In this document: positions 1 through 9,976 of the stretch, one piece after another
How the letters are laid out: the number at the start of each line of letters is the position of its first letter
Position numbering within the stretch: position 1 is the stretch's first letter
DNA from: Polynucleobacter sp.
GTDB taxonomy: Bacteria; Pseudomonadota; Gammaproteobacteria; Burkholderiales; Burkholderiaceae
NCBI GenBank assembly: GCA_036821065.1
Contig: DAISKI010000001.1
Coordinates: 1 to 54,719, forward strand
Length of the DNA stretch: 54,719 nucleotides
Direction: 5' to 3'
Notes under the pieces: model-generated
Told to the model about the DNA's origin: nothing
Databases searched by the model: none
What the model saw: only the letters and a program-made list of their open reading frames with translations
Position numbers and translations under genes: made by a program

Positions 1-392
1 CCCCACTCACCCCCCAAGCCCAAGCCCTGACCAAAGCGAAATATGGCTAATAAGATCGGAGCCAAAATACCAATCGAGGCATAGGTTGGTAAAAAGCCGA
101 TAGCTACTGTAGATGGACCCATCGTCATCAGTGCAGCTACAAGCGTTGCCTTACGCCCGATACGATCGCCAAAGTGCCCGAATAAAGCAGCTCCAACCGG
201 GCGAGCAAAGAAAGCCAGCGCAAAGGTGGCTAGGGACTGAAGAACAGCTGTGTTCGCATCGCTTGATGGAAAGAAGAGTTTTGGAAAAACTAAAACGGCT
301 GCCGTGGCATAAATATAAAAGTCAAAGAACTCGATCGTAGTACCAATTAAACTAGCAGTTAAAACGCGGGTGGCTGAATTGCCTTGTGCCAT
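1..392 (-). CDS. MFS transporter, metabolite:H+ symporter (MHS) family; 5' part only, runs off the window
   Basis: Hand translation from ATG 392: MAQGNSATRVLTASLIGTTIEFFDFYIYATAA...FGHFGDRIGRK...GQGLGLGGEWG, which are classic MHS motifs; GGAG RBS upstream. Confidence 0.93.
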   Translation of the reverse strand, partial: MAQGNSATRVLTASLIGTTIEFFDFYIYATAAVLVFPKLFFPSSDANTAVLQSLATFALAFFARPVGAALFGHFGDRIGRKATLVAALMTMGPSTVAIGFLPTYASIGILAPILLAIFRFGQGLGLGGEW

Positions 393-579
393 GCTTGTCT
401 CCTATTTGCGAGCATTGCTAGTCTCATTGACTAGTCTTGCCCAAAATCATAGCATTGGCCTAAAAGACGACTTTTTATTAAACCCCTCCAAAACCCTTAA
501 TTGACATACCTCCCGGAATGTAGAATCATTTTTTTAGGGTACATTAGTAGTATCTAGGTTGATCAAGATGTCTATCGCA

Positions 580-1200
580 ATGACCCAAACTACCTCCATT
601 ATTCCTTTACGTCATTTCATTACGAACATGACTCACTTGGTTGATAAAACCCAAGATGAAACTCTTTTGCTTGCAGAAAGTAAGCAGCTACTGTCGGACT
701 TAATTCAAAATGACTCATGGTTGCCTGAGTTTTGCACTGTGCCCCATCCCGAGTTTTATCAACAATACTTACTACACGCGGATCCCCTCGAACGATTTTC
801 AGTGGTGAGCTTTGTTTGGGGTCCGGGACAAAGCACGCCGATTCATGATCACTGTACTTGGGGCTTGATTGGTATGCTCCGGGGCGCAGAAACGGGTCAG
901 CGTTTCAAATTTGATAGTACTGGCAAGCTCGTGAAAGACGGCCCAGAAACCACGCTTAAACCAGGTGATATCGAAGCAGTCAGCCCCAATGTTGGCGACA
1001 TTCATATTGTGAGCAACGCCTATGATGACCAAACCTCTATCAGCATCCACGTGTATGGTGGCAATATTGGCGCCATCCAGAGGCATGTCTACCAGCCAGA
1101 GACTGGTGAAATCAAAGACTTTGTTTCTGGCTATTCTTCTACCCAAACGCCCAATTTATGGGATCGTTCCGCCGAAATTCGGGCCCAAATTCAGAAATAG
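580..1200 (+). CDS. Thiol (cysteine/3-mercaptopropionate) dioxygenase, cupin fold, Gln-type
   Basis: YQQYLL, TPIHDH, DIHIV and SIHVY motifs (3-His iron site, Ser-His-Tyr triad); start chosen at ATG 580 within ORF 559..1200. Confidence 0.85.
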   Translation: MTQTTSIIPLRHFITNMTHLVDKTQDETLLLAESKQLLSDLIQNDSWLPEFCTVPHPEFYQQYLLHADPLERFSVVSFVWGPGQSTPIHDHCTWGLIGMLRGAETGQRFKFDSTGKLVKDGPETTLKPGDIEAVSPNVGDIHIVSNAYDDQTSISIHVYGGNIGAIQRHVYQPETGEIKDFVSGYSSTQTPNLWDRSAEIRAQIQK

Positions 1201-1316
1201 CCCTGTAAAAACAGTAATTTAGACTGAATTCGGACTGATTGCTGTCATGCAACATTCATGAAAAAGGCTCATAATAACTAGGTATTAACCCTAATACGCT
1301 AAATAAGGAGCCTTAA

Positions 1317-1478
1317 ATGACACAATTATTGAGTCTCTGGAATGCGGTTTTTGCCCAACAAAGCAAGACTGCCAATCTTGAGCAATTTATTAACAGCTAC
1401 AACCCCGCTTCTGAGCACGACGTTGAAGAGCTCACCCGTGACTATTTATTTCACTACAGCACGCTAAGGGGTCTCTAA
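1317..1478 (+). CDS. Small hypothetical protein, 53 aa (MTQLLSLWNAVFAQQSK...YSTLRGL)
   Basis: Strong SD TAAGGAG just upstream of ATG 1317; open to TAA 1478; below the ORF-track cutoff. Confidence 0.7.
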   Translation: MTQLLSLWNAVFAQQSKTANLEQFINSYNPASEHDVEELTRDYLFHYSTLRGL

Positions 1479-1480
1479 TC

Positions 1481-1576
1481 ATGAAATCATTCAATTCTTT
1501 TTTAGAAGATCTGCTGGCCGCTTACAAAGCAGCTAAAGAATGGCATGAAAAAAATCTGCGCTCTGTACTCGTTTAA
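1481..1576 (+). CDS. Small hypothetical peptide, 31 aa (MKSFNSFLEDLLAAYKAAKEWHEKNLRSVLV)
   Basis: Starts 2 nt after the previous stop with AAGGGG upstream; amphipathic helix pattern; followed by a terminator. Confidence 0.5.
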   Translation: MKSFNSFLEDLLAAYKAAKEWHEKNLRSVLV

Positions 1577-1615
1577 TAGAGCGATCTAGATTCTCCTAGT
1601 AGATTTTGTACTGAT

Positions 1616-1650
1616 AAAAAAATACCAACCTCTTGGTTGGTATTTTTATT
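1616..1650. terminator. Bidirectional rho-independent terminator
   Basis: AAAAATACCAACC-TCTT-GGTTGGTATTTTT perfect stem with A/T tails, between the convergent small ORFs and cydB. Confidence 0.85.
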
Positions 1651-1686
1651 TAAGGCACAGCAAACAGAGTGATTTAGTAATAATGC

Positions 1687-2700
1687 CTAGTAGTAGCTGA
1701 GTGGCTCTGTTTTACCCCAAAAGATCTTATAGGAGTAAATGGTGTAGCCAATGATTGTGGGCAACACAACAATTGCGCCCCAAAAAATCATCCACAAGGA
1801 ATCGGTTGCAGAGGCAGCCTCCCAGATCGTCATCTTTCCAACAACAATATAAGGAAACATGCTGTAAGCAATTCCTAAAAAAGCTAAGACAAAAATGGCA
1901 ACACTCAGTGCAAACGGAAGCCATATAGGCGCAGGTTTTTCTCTCTGCATCTTTGCTAGATTCAAATCAATCAACACAAAACATGCGAGTGATAAGACAG
2001 GAAATGGCAATAAGAAAAAAATGTTTGGGAAAGAAAACCACTTTGCAGCAATCTCAGCGCTAAAGAATGGCGTTGCCACTGAGATAATGCCTACGCCAAG
2101 CGCAGTCAGCCAGAGGCATTTTCTAGCCCAAGCCACCGCCTTACGCTGTAGCGCTCCAGAGGTCTTCATAATTAACCAGCCAGCGCCTAACAAAGCATAC
2201 CCAGCAGGCAAACACAGAGCCACAATGAATGCGAAGACCCAGCCTAGGCCTCCAGAGTCAAAACCAATTACCTCCCTACCCACCATAACACCCTGAGCTG
2301 CAGCAGCCAGGAAGCTACCGAAGAAGAATAAGAAATTCCATATTGATTTTTGACTCAGGTGCGCCTTTGCACGAAAGTCAAAAGATACGCCACGCAAGAT
2401 CAAACCCGCAAGCATGATGCCCACAGGTAAATAGAGCTCGGTCAAAATAATGCCATGTGCCATTGGAAAGGCGATCAAGAGAACGCCAACGCCAAGTACC
2501 AGCCAGGTTTCATTTGCATCCCAAAACGGACCAATCGAAGAAATCATGATGTCTTTTTCCTGATCAGTTGCTTGGTTCAGTAAGATGCCGACGCCTAAGT
2601 CGTAGCCATCTAAGACCACGTAGGCAACCATGGCAATACCCATTGCCACCAAAAAGAATAGCGGTAACCAGCCAGCGGGTTCGAGTAGATTGGGAATCAT
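1687..2700 (-). CDS. cydB: Cytochrome bd ubiquinol oxidase subunit II (CIO-type)
   Basis: YVVLDGYDLGVG and SIGPFWDANETWLVL motifs; multiple TM helices; downstream of cydA. Confidence 0.95.
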   Translation of the reverse strand: MIPNLLEPAGWLPLFFLVAMGIAMVAYVVLDGYDLGVGILLNQATDQEKDIMISSIGPFWDANETWLVLGVGVLLIAFPMAHGIILTELYLPVGIMLAGLILRGVSFDFRAKAHLSQKSIWNFLFFFGSFLAAAAQGVMVGREVIGFDSGGLGWVFAFIVALCLPAGYALLGAGWLIMKTSGALQRKAVAWARKCLWLTALGVGIISVATPFFSAEIAAKWFSFPNIFFLLPFPVLSLACFVLIDLNLAKMQREKPAPIWLPFALSVAIFVLAFLGIAYSMFPYIVVGKMTIWEAASATDSLWMIFWGAIVVLPTIIGYTIYSYKIFWGKTEPLSYY

Positions 2701-2708
2701 ATTTCTCC

Positions 2709-4061
2709 TTATGCTCCAAGCGGACGGTTCACTAGATTGGGTCTAGCATCATCAGCAGCTTTTATAGGTCCAGACTGGCGGGCCAAATAGAAAACTACCC
2801 AGATATAAGAAACAATCAAACCTAGATAAAGGGCGAGATACATCACCAGGGTTCCCAAAATCATATTCGTTGGCAGCTTAGTAACAGCATCAGCTGTTTT
2901 CAAAATACCGGTTACCAGGAAAGGCTGTCTTCCCACTTCGGTCACATACCAGCCCGCCACTACGCCAACCCAGCCAGAGAAACTCATCACGCTTAAGGCC
3001 TGTAAAAGCCATCGGGGTAATTCTTGTTTTTTTCTGACCAGGTAGAAGCCTACAAATGCGGTCAGCAGCATTAATAATCCAACTCCAACCATGATCCGGA
3101 ATGCAAAGAAGACGGGCTTAACCGGCGGATGTGTATCGGGGAATGCGTCTAAGCCCTGGACCTCACCATCTAAAGAGTGGGTGAGATACAAAGATGCCAG
3201 CTTTGGTACAGCGACCTCATACTGGTTAGACTGAGTAGCTTCATCTGGAATAGCAAACAAAACTGCATCGGCGCCTTTAGTGGTTTGCCAAATACCTTCC
3301 ATCGCTGCTACCTTGGCAGGCTGATATTCCAGGGTATTCAGACCATGCATATCGCCTAGTACGATTTGCAAGGGTGCCAACACCACAGCTACGGTCATTG
3401 CTAATTTAATCAATGCTCTACTACCAACCGGATTAATACCGCGTAGATAGCGATAAGCAGAGATACCTGCAATCAAGAAGGTGACAGTTAGAAACGAAGC
3501 CGTCATCATATGAAAGAGCCGATATGGCATTGATGGATTAAAAACAATTTCAATCCAATTGGTCGCATGCGCTTGACCATTAATCATTTCAAAACCTTGT
3601 GGGGTTTGCATCCAAGAATCTAAAACGATGATCCAGAAAGCGGATAGCGAAGTTCCAAAGGCAACCAGAAAGGTGGCAACGGTATGAGCTCTTTGTGAAA
3701 CCCGTTTTGCTCCAAACAGCATGATCCCCAAAAAGGTGGCTTCTAGAAAGAAGGCTGACAATACTTCGTAGCCTAACAAGGGGCCGGCAATATTACCGAC
3801 CGTTTGCATATAGCCCGGCCAATTAGTACCGAACTGAAAGCTCATCGTAATACCGCTCACAACCCCTAGCGCAAAGGTCAGAGCAAAGATTTTGACCCAG
3901 AACTGATAAGCCTCACTCCACTCAGAATCACCGGTCTTATTAAACTTGATCTTGAAGTACAGGAGAGCCCAAGCTAACGCGATAGAAATCGTTGGGAACA
4001 GGATATGGAAAGTAATGTTGGCAGCAAACTGAATTCTGCTCAAAATAAGTGCATCAAGCAT
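2709..4061 (-). CDS. cydA: Cytochrome bd ubiquinol oxidase subunit I (short Q-loop, CioA-like)
   Basis: LSRIQFAANITFHILFP, FQFGTNW, QPAKVAAMEG and EVGRQP motifs. Confidence 0.95.
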   Translation of the reverse strand: MLDALILSRIQFAANITFHILFPTISIALAWALLYFKIKFNKTGDSEWSEAYQFWVKIFALTFALGVVSGITMSFQFGTNWPGYMQTVGNIAGPLLGYEVLSAFFLEATFLGIMLFGAKRVSQRAHTVATFLVAFGTSLSAFWIIVLDSWMQTPQGFEMINGQAHATNWIEIVFNPSMPYRLFHMMTASFLTVTFLIAGISAYRYLRGINPVGSRALIKLAMTVAVVLAPLQIVLGDMHGLNTLEYQPAKVAAMEGIWQTTKGADAVLFAIPDEATQSNQYEVAVPKLASLYLTHSLDGEVQGLDAFPDTHPPVKPVFFAFRIMVGVGLLMLLTAFVGFYLVRKKQELPRWLLQALSVMSFSGWVGVVAGWYVTEVGRQPFLVTGILKTADAVTKLPTNMILGTLVMYLALYLGLIVSYIWVVFYLARQSGPIKAADDARPNLVNRPLGA

Positions 4062-4172
4062 CGTATTACCCCTTGTTGATATTCTGTCCTTTCATTATGC
4101 TCCTCGGACTAGGGCAAAACAATTGCTTGATTAGATTACTCAACTACCAATACTACTCAAGAGGGTATTACT

Positions 4173-5618
4173 CTAGCGCGCTCTCGACCGATATTCTTTG
4201 GCAGCCGCATTTTGAGCGATCACTTTTTCTCGAAATTGCTCAACAAACTTTTGGTGATAAGGATTGTTGCGGGTTTTGAAGAAGTAAATCAGCCCGAGTA
4301 CCAAAAACCATATCGGTAATGCGTATAGTGCAATACGAGTATCTTCACTCAAAGATAGAGCATAGATAACGATCGCAAAGAATGCAAAAGAAACATAAGG
4401 CATAGTTTTATTCAAAGGCATCTTAAACTCAGACTCATCATGAGCTTGTGGTAGACGCTTGCAATAGACGAGATAAGCAATCAGAATCATTGACCAGATA
4501 TAGATGAAAATGATTGCAGCAACGCTACCAACCAATTCAAAAGCAGACATCATTGACTGAGTGGTAGTGAGGATTAATGCTGCTGACAAAATCAGTCCCG
4601 TTCCCAAGAAAATACCACCCGATGGGATCTTATGGGATGACAATCTACCAAATACTGTAGGTGCATGATGTTGCTTAGCCAGGCCATATAGCATCCGCGA
4701 AGTCGCATAGATGCCGCTATTACTCGATGAGGTCGCAGAACTAATCACTACTAAGTTCACGATCGACGCAGCGCTGACCATGCCAATTAAAGAGAACATG
4801 CCAACAAATGGACTTTCATCGGGAGAGATATCTGTCCATGGCGTTACCATCATGAGAACCAAAATTGTGCCGACATAAAAAATCATAATGCGCATAGGGA
4901 TTTTATGGATTGCATCTGGCAACATCACTTTAGGGTTCCGAGTTTCAGCCATCATGGTGCCAATGATCTCCATGCCAGCAAAAGCAAAAATCGTCATCTG
5001 TAAGCCAGCAAGCAGACCTGTCACCCCATGCGGCATAAAGCCACCATAAGACCAAAGATTACTCACTTTGGCCTGAATTCCAGAAGGAGATACAAATCCA
5101 GTGACACATAAATATAGACCCAAGAAAATCAATCCAACAATCGCGACGACCTTAATGATCGCCATCCAAAATTCCAGCTCTCCAAAAGCTTTAACAGTCA
5201 GCAGATTCAGTGTGAGCAAGAGCAAAATAATACAAACTGCAGAAATCCAATGGGGTAAATTAGGGAGCCAAAAAGAGATGTAGCCACTAATCGCAATAAT
5301 TTCTGCAATTGCCGCCACGATCCACACAAACCAATAAGACCAGCCTACAAAGAAGCCGGCAGTCGGTCCCAAAATATCTTCAGAGAAATCTACAAAAGAT
5401 TTGTACTCCAAGTTATAGAGCAAGAGTTCACCCATCGCTCGCATAACAAAATAAAGAATGAAGCCTGTAAGAGCGTATATAAATAGAATCCCTGGGCCAG
5501 CCAAAGAGATGGCTTTGCCGGAGCCCATAAAAAGACCGGTTCCTATACAACCGCCAATGGCGATCATTTCTATGTGACGCTGGCCTAAACCGCGTTCGAG
5601 GTCTCTACTTGTTTCCAT
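4173..5618 (-). CDS. APC-superfamily amino-acid permease (AAT family, CycA-like)
   Basis: RHIEMIAIGGCIGTGLFMGSG, MRAMGELL and SPFV motifs; about 12 TM segments; substrate uncertain. Confidence 0.88.
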   Translation of the reverse strand: METSRDLERGLGQRHIEMIAIGGCIGTGLFMGSGKAISLAGPGILFIYALTGFILYFVMRAMGELLLYNLEYKSFVDFSEDILGPTAGFFVGWSYWFVWIVAAIAEIIAISGYISFWLPNLPHWISAVCIILLLLTLNLLTVKAFGELEFWMAIIKVVAIVGLIFLGLYLCVTGFVSPSGIQAKVSNLWSYGGFMPHGVTGLLAGLQMTIFAFAGMEIIGTMMAETRNPKVMLPDAIHKIPMRIMIFYVGTILVLMMVTPWTDISPDESPFVGMFSLIGMVSAASIVNLVVISSATSSSNSGIYATSRMLYGLAKQHHAPTVFGRLSSHKIPSGGIFLGTGLILSAALILTTTQSMMSAFELVGSVAAIIFIYIWSMILIAYLVYCKRLPQAHDESEFKMPLNKTMPYVSFAFFAIVIYALSLSEDTRIALYALPIWFLVLGLIYFFKTRNNPYHQKFVEQFREKVIAQNAAAKEYRSRAR

Positions 5619-5768
5619 ACTGGATATCTTCCATGAAGGGTGAATACCCGAAGACTATATCAAAGATGACTTTTTCTTCAGAAAAATAGATGTTTTATCG
5701 GTTGTTCGACAAAAAACAAGCCCTGATGAGTAACTCTAGCTGTACTGCCACATTAATACATTAATGAT

Positions 5769-6737
5769 TTAGCGCAATTTCTCAACATAAAAGCTAGCTT
5801 TTTCAAGCGCATCCTCAGCGTCCATGCCAACCATATCCGCCCCAAGATCATCTATCAGTTCGGGGAACTGATTAAAAACAGGACTACCAATGATGATCCC
5901 GACATGAGGATTTTTTGACTTAGCCTTAATACTCTTGATTAATTCCTTCAATTGCGGAAATTGCTCTCGAACACTGGCTGATAAACCGACAATATCGAAC
6001 CACTCGTTAGCAGCCATAGAGACAATTTCTTCTTCGGTAGCGGCTAATTCACCCCAGATACGCCATCCCGCTTTTGCAAAAAACTCGGAGACCATAAAGA
6101 GCCCCAAATTATGTTGCGAGCCAGGTAATGGGACCAACATGATGCTAGAGCCGATTTTACCCTGCTCGGAATACTGTTGAAAAATGGGGCTTAGGTCATA
6201 CATCAATTGCTTGATTCGCCAAAGTCCTATGGTTACCTCTGTAAAACTAGATTCATCATCCTCCCACATCGCACCTAATTTTCTAGCTACAGGAGTTAGT
6301 AAGAGTAAATAAATATCTTCTAAAGTAGTGCCAGAGGCATTGATCTCTTTTACGTAGTCAACGGAAACACGAGCATCTTCTTGCAAAACTAATGCAGTTA
6401 AATCATCAACAGCTTTTTGATCAATGATTTGCTTGACTGGTAATTGCGAGGGAATCGATGAATCTAAGTGCTGCTCAATAATCAGAGGAAGAATATTCCC
6501 CTCAATGGTTTTAACTAGAGATTCAAGATACTCGCCCTCAGTGCAGGCTTTTTCTATTGGATGAGATTTTTTGTCCTGATCAAACGTTGCTTTTGTGGGC
6601 GCATTAGATACTAAGCAGTCTTCCCACATATCGCCTGAAGCATTATTTGTTTGTTGTTGATCTAGCTTGTAATCGTCACGAGCAGATCTCTTTTTAAATC
6701 CTGCAATGCTCACTAGCCTGGATAAATTCATGAACAT
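5769..6737 (-). CDS. Cobalamin-binding PpaA/AerR-family regulator, long paralogue
   Basis: LGAMWEDDESSFTEVTIG and PGSQHNLG motifs, B12-binding Rossmann domain; start probably ATG 6737 or 6731 rather than TTG 6761. Confidence 0.85.
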   Translation of the reverse strand: MFMNLSRLVSIAGFKKRSARDDYKLDQQQTNNASGDMWEDCLVSNAPTKATFDQDKKSHPIEKACTEGEYLESLVKTIEGNILPLIIEQHLDSSIPSQLPVKQIIDQKAVDDLTALVLQEDARVSVDYVKEINASGTTLEDIYLLLLTPVARKLGAMWEDDESSFTEVTIGLWRIKQLMYDLSPIFQQYSEQGKIGSSIMLVPLPGSQHNLGLFMVSEFFAKAGWRIWGELAATEEEIVSMAANEWFDIVGLSASVREQFPQLKELIKSIKAKSKNPHVGIIIGSPVFNQFPELIDDLGADMVGMDAEDALEKASFYVEKLR

Positions 6738-6857
6738 CACTTGATCAAGACACGGTCTCAAAAGAGTTTTTTGAAAAATACCGTGGCTGCCTAAGAGCCT
6801 CTTTATTGGAATGATTACTTTATAAAGTGATTTAGTTCAAACCACAAAGACTAATTG

Positions 6858-8069
6858 CTAAGTGCTTTCCCTAGATCCTTTAATTTCATCGTTACTAGGC
6901 TTTAAACCATATGCCTGCCCTAGCTTCCAGATGTGGCCTGGAAGCATATTCTTGATTTTGTGCGGCGCAGTATTTCGCAAATGAATGATGGATTCGATTG
7001 CCTTCATCTCAATTCTTGCTTTTGCGAACTCGAGACCGCGGGGCCCAAACCTCGGCATTACCCAGGCAAATATGCCTCTTAAAAAATTAGGCATCCTTTG
7101 GAGCGGTAAGCCACCAGCTGCTAACTCTACATTCCTCATAAAGCCCTTCACAGGACTTAAGCGATTGCCCGCAGAAGATAGGGGTTCTAAAACAAGTTCT
7201 GCTGCAAGCAAGCTTGCTAGACCCTTGCCCTTTACATTACGAATAATGATCCATTGCTCACCTGTACCTGCCATATACCCAACTGTAATATCAGAAAGTG
7301 AATTGACATAGTCAACACAAGTCTTGCATGTTGTAGGGAAAAAATCTGCAGGTAAATTTGATAGGGGTAGCTTTAAAAAAGGTATTTCTTGCTTTCGGCC
7401 ATTCTCAAAGCGAATCTCCACATGATAGTCAGCCCTAAATTCCAGATACGTAATTGTTTCTGGCTTATCAGAGAGCAAACCCAAGAACTGATGAAAGTGT
7501 TCAGTAGTGGTGTTATCAGAACAAGGCGAACCAATAATCAACAATTTCTCAAAGCCAAATTCTTGTTCGAGTGCTCGTGCTGCATAGACCTGGCATGGAA
7601 TACCCACCATGGCTACTTTTTTATACCCAAGATCTCTTGCTTGTTCTAGATATTGAATGATTGGGGCATAGCCCATCTTCATTCCCCTACATTGCGCCAT
7701 ATCCCGCGATCTCGTCACGATCACTGGCACCGGCTTCCAACGGTCATGCTCATCAGAGCGCATTGTAATTACCGCTTCAACTAGCCCCTGCTCTAGCAAG
7801 ATCTCACAAAGTCTGGTGATGATTCCAGTCCACTGAGCACCCTTTAATGGCAGCTTTAACCTGGCCCTAAACATTTCTAAATATGGTCCAAAAAAGACCT
7901 CGTCAGAATGATCTGTAGTACGTTCCCTACCGTGCGCTAATGTTTCGAATTTTGGGTAATTAGGCTGAATAAACTGGCAGGCAGTTGCGCAACGTTTGGG
8001 CTCGGCTGTTCGAGATACGCCACAATCAGTACATAAATCACGAAATGGGGCAATCTCAATCGGCTCCAC
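6858..8069 (-). CDS. bciB: Ferredoxin-dependent 8-vinyl reductase (F420 hydrogenase beta-subunit family)
   Basis: CTDCGVSR..C..C FeS cysteines, GAQWTG, GIPCQV, PCSDN and CKTCVDY motifs; PGC context. Confidence 0.9.
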   Translation of the reverse strand: MEPIEIAPFRDLCTDCGVSRTAEPKRCATACQFIQPNYPKFETLAHGRERTTDHSDEVFFGPYLEMFRARLKLPLKGAQWTGIITRLCEILLEQGLVEAVITMRSDEHDRWKPVPVIVTRSRDMAQCRGMKMGYAPIIQYLEQARDLGYKKVAMVGIPCQVYAARALEQEFGFEKLLIIGSPCSDNTTTEHFHQFLGLLSDKPETITYLEFRADYHVEIRFENGRKQEIPFLKLPLSNLPADFFPTTCKTCVDYVNSLSDITVGYMAGTGEQWIIIRNVKGKGLASLLAAELVLEPLSSAGNRLSPVKGFMRNVELAAGGLPLQRMPNFLRGIFAWVMPRFGPRGLEFAKARIEMKAIESIIHLRNTAPHKIKNMLPGHIWKLGQAYGLKPSNDEIKGSREST

Positions 8070-8082
8070 TCTTCATCAGGCC

Positions 8083-9960
8083 TTATAAGAAACGAGCCAA
8101 CACTCTTTGTTTCATCTTTTCCTTAGACAGCCCATAGCCATCTAACAGTAAATTAAGCTCACCATGCTCTACATACTCATCAGGTAAACCTAGTAAAAGA
8201 GATGGAATATGGACATTGTGATCAGATAGAAGCTCTAAGCAGGCACTACCAGCGCCCCCCTTAGTAGCGCTATCTTCAACAAATACCAAACCATCGTGAC
8301 TATCAGCGATTTCTAATAATAATTTTTCATCTAAAGGCTTCACAAAGCGCATATCTGCGACGGTAGCATTTATCTCTTGGGCTACAGAGAGAGCGGTATA
8401 CAGCAATGGTCCAAAACAAATGAAAGCAATTTTTTTCTTTTGGGGTGAGGTTTCATCTATTGTACGAACTAGGTGCCCCTTACCAATGGGCAAAGGATCC
8501 AAAGCAGCTCCTGATGTTTCCAGCCCAATTCCGGAGCCACGCGGATAGCGCACAGCCGTAGGACCATCATGATGAAAAGCAGTTGTTAGCATCGCCCGAC
8601 ATTCCTGTTCATTGGATGGTGTCATCAGAACTAAATTTGGTAAGCAGCGTAAAAAAGCAATGTCAAATACTCCAGCATGCGTTGCCCCATCGGCCCCCAC
8701 CATACCTGCACGATCAATAGCAAATACGATTGGTAGGTTCTGCAAAGTCACATCATGTATGAGTTGATCATAGCCACGCTGCAAGAATGTCGAATAAATT
8801 GCAACCACTGGCTTTAGTCCCTCACAGGCAATTCCAGCCGCGAAGGTAACGGCATGTTGCTCTGCTATTCCTACATCGTAGTAGCGATCAGGAAAACGCT
8901 TCTCAAACTCGACTAATCCGGAGCCCTCTCGCATGGCAGGGGTAATAGCGATCAAGCGCTCATCCACCTGTGCCATATCGCATAACCACTCACCAAATAC
9001 TTGGGTATAGGTTTTCTTAAGCACAGGCTTTGTCACAATTCCTGCTATCGGATCAAATGGGCTTGGGCCATGATAGGCAATGGGGTCAAGCTCAGCTAAT
9101 GAGTATCCTTTACCTTTTTTAGTAACAATATGAAGAAACTGTGGCCCTTCAGTTTGAGCAAGGGTTTTAACGTTTTGTAGGGTGGAAATTAATACTTCCA
9201 AATCATGGCCATCTATTGGGCCGTAATAATCAAACCCGAACTCTTCAAAAATAGTCGCAGGTCCAACCATTCCCTTTGCATGACCCTCCAATCTTTTTGC
9301 AAATTCACGAATGGGTGGGGCCACAGAGAGCACCTTATCGATTCCCCTCTTGGTGGCGGCATACATTGATCCAGAAATTAACTTCACTAGATAGCGATTC
9401 ATTGCACCTACCGCCGGTGAAATTGACATCTCGTTATCATTAAGAATGACAATAAGTGGAACTTTTTTATTCACGCCAGCATTATTCATTGCCTCAAATG
9501 CCATACCAGCACTCATTGCACCATCGCCAATAATTGCGACTACATTACGCTTCTCATTTTTTGTTTTAGCAGCGACAGCCATTCCCAAAGCTGCAGAAAT
9601 ACTGGTAGATGAATGGGCAGTGCCAAATGCATCATATTCACTCTCGCTGCGCTTAGGAAACCCTGAAATACCGCCGAACTGTCTTAAGCCCGACATGGCC
9701 TCCCTGCGGCCTGTAAGTACTTTATGAGCATAGCTTTGATGGCCTACATCCCAGATCAGACGATCATAAGGAGTATCAAATACATAATGCAGCGCGATTG
9801 CAAGCTCTACGGTTCCTAGGTTTGAGGAAAGATGTCCACCCGTACTTGAAACAGAGCTCAATATAAAATTTCTAAGCTCTTTTGCTACTTGAGGAAGCTT
9901 AGATGCCTCATAAGCCCGGAGATCATCTGGGCTTGATATGGTCTCGAGTAGGTTAGTCAT
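8083..9960 (-). CDS. dxs: 1-deoxy-D-xylulose-5-phosphate synthase
   Basis: [25 protein letters not shown] and DVGIAEQHA motifs; start moved to MTNLLETI so it does not overlap hemA. Confidence 0.96.
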   Translation of the reverse strand: MTNLLETISSPDDLRAYEASKLPQVAKELRNFILSSVSSTGGHLSSNLGTVELAIALHYVFDTPYDRLIWDVGHQSYAHKVLTGRREAMSGLRQFGGISGFPKRSESEYDAFGTAHSSTSISAALGMAVAAKTKNEKRNVVAIIGDGAMSAGMAFEAMNNAGVNKKVPLIVILNDNEMSISPAVGAMNRYLVKLISGSMYAATKRGIDKVLSVAPPIREFAKRLEGHAKGMVGPATIFEEFGFDYYGPIDGHDLEVLISTLQNVKTLAQTEGPQFLHIVTKKGKGYSLAELDPIAYHGPSPFDPIAGIVTKPVLKKTYTQVFGEWLCDMAQVDERLIAITPAMREGSGLVEFEKRFPDRYYDVGIAEQHAVTFAAGIACEGLKPVVAIYSTFLQRGYDQLIHDVTLQNLPIVFAIDRAGMVGADGATHAGVFDIAFLRCLPNLVLMTPSNEQECRAMLTTAFHHDGPTAVRYPRGSGIGLETSGAALDPLPIGKGHLVRTIDETSPQKKKIAFICFGPLLYTALSVAQEINATVADMRFVKPLDEKLLLEIADSHDGLVFVEDSATKGGAGSACLELLSDHNVHIPSLLLGLPDEYVEHGELNLLLDGYGLSKEKMKQRVLARFL

Positions 9961-9976
9961 TTTTAGCATAGCCAAC

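Noticed and set aside
113..340. 75-aa + strand ORF from the track
   Set aside because: Antisense shadow of the MHS transporter gene on the minus strand.
5741..5760. TGT...ACA downstream of the long aerR paralogue
   Set aside because: The spacer is 14 nt, not the 12 needed for a PpsR box.
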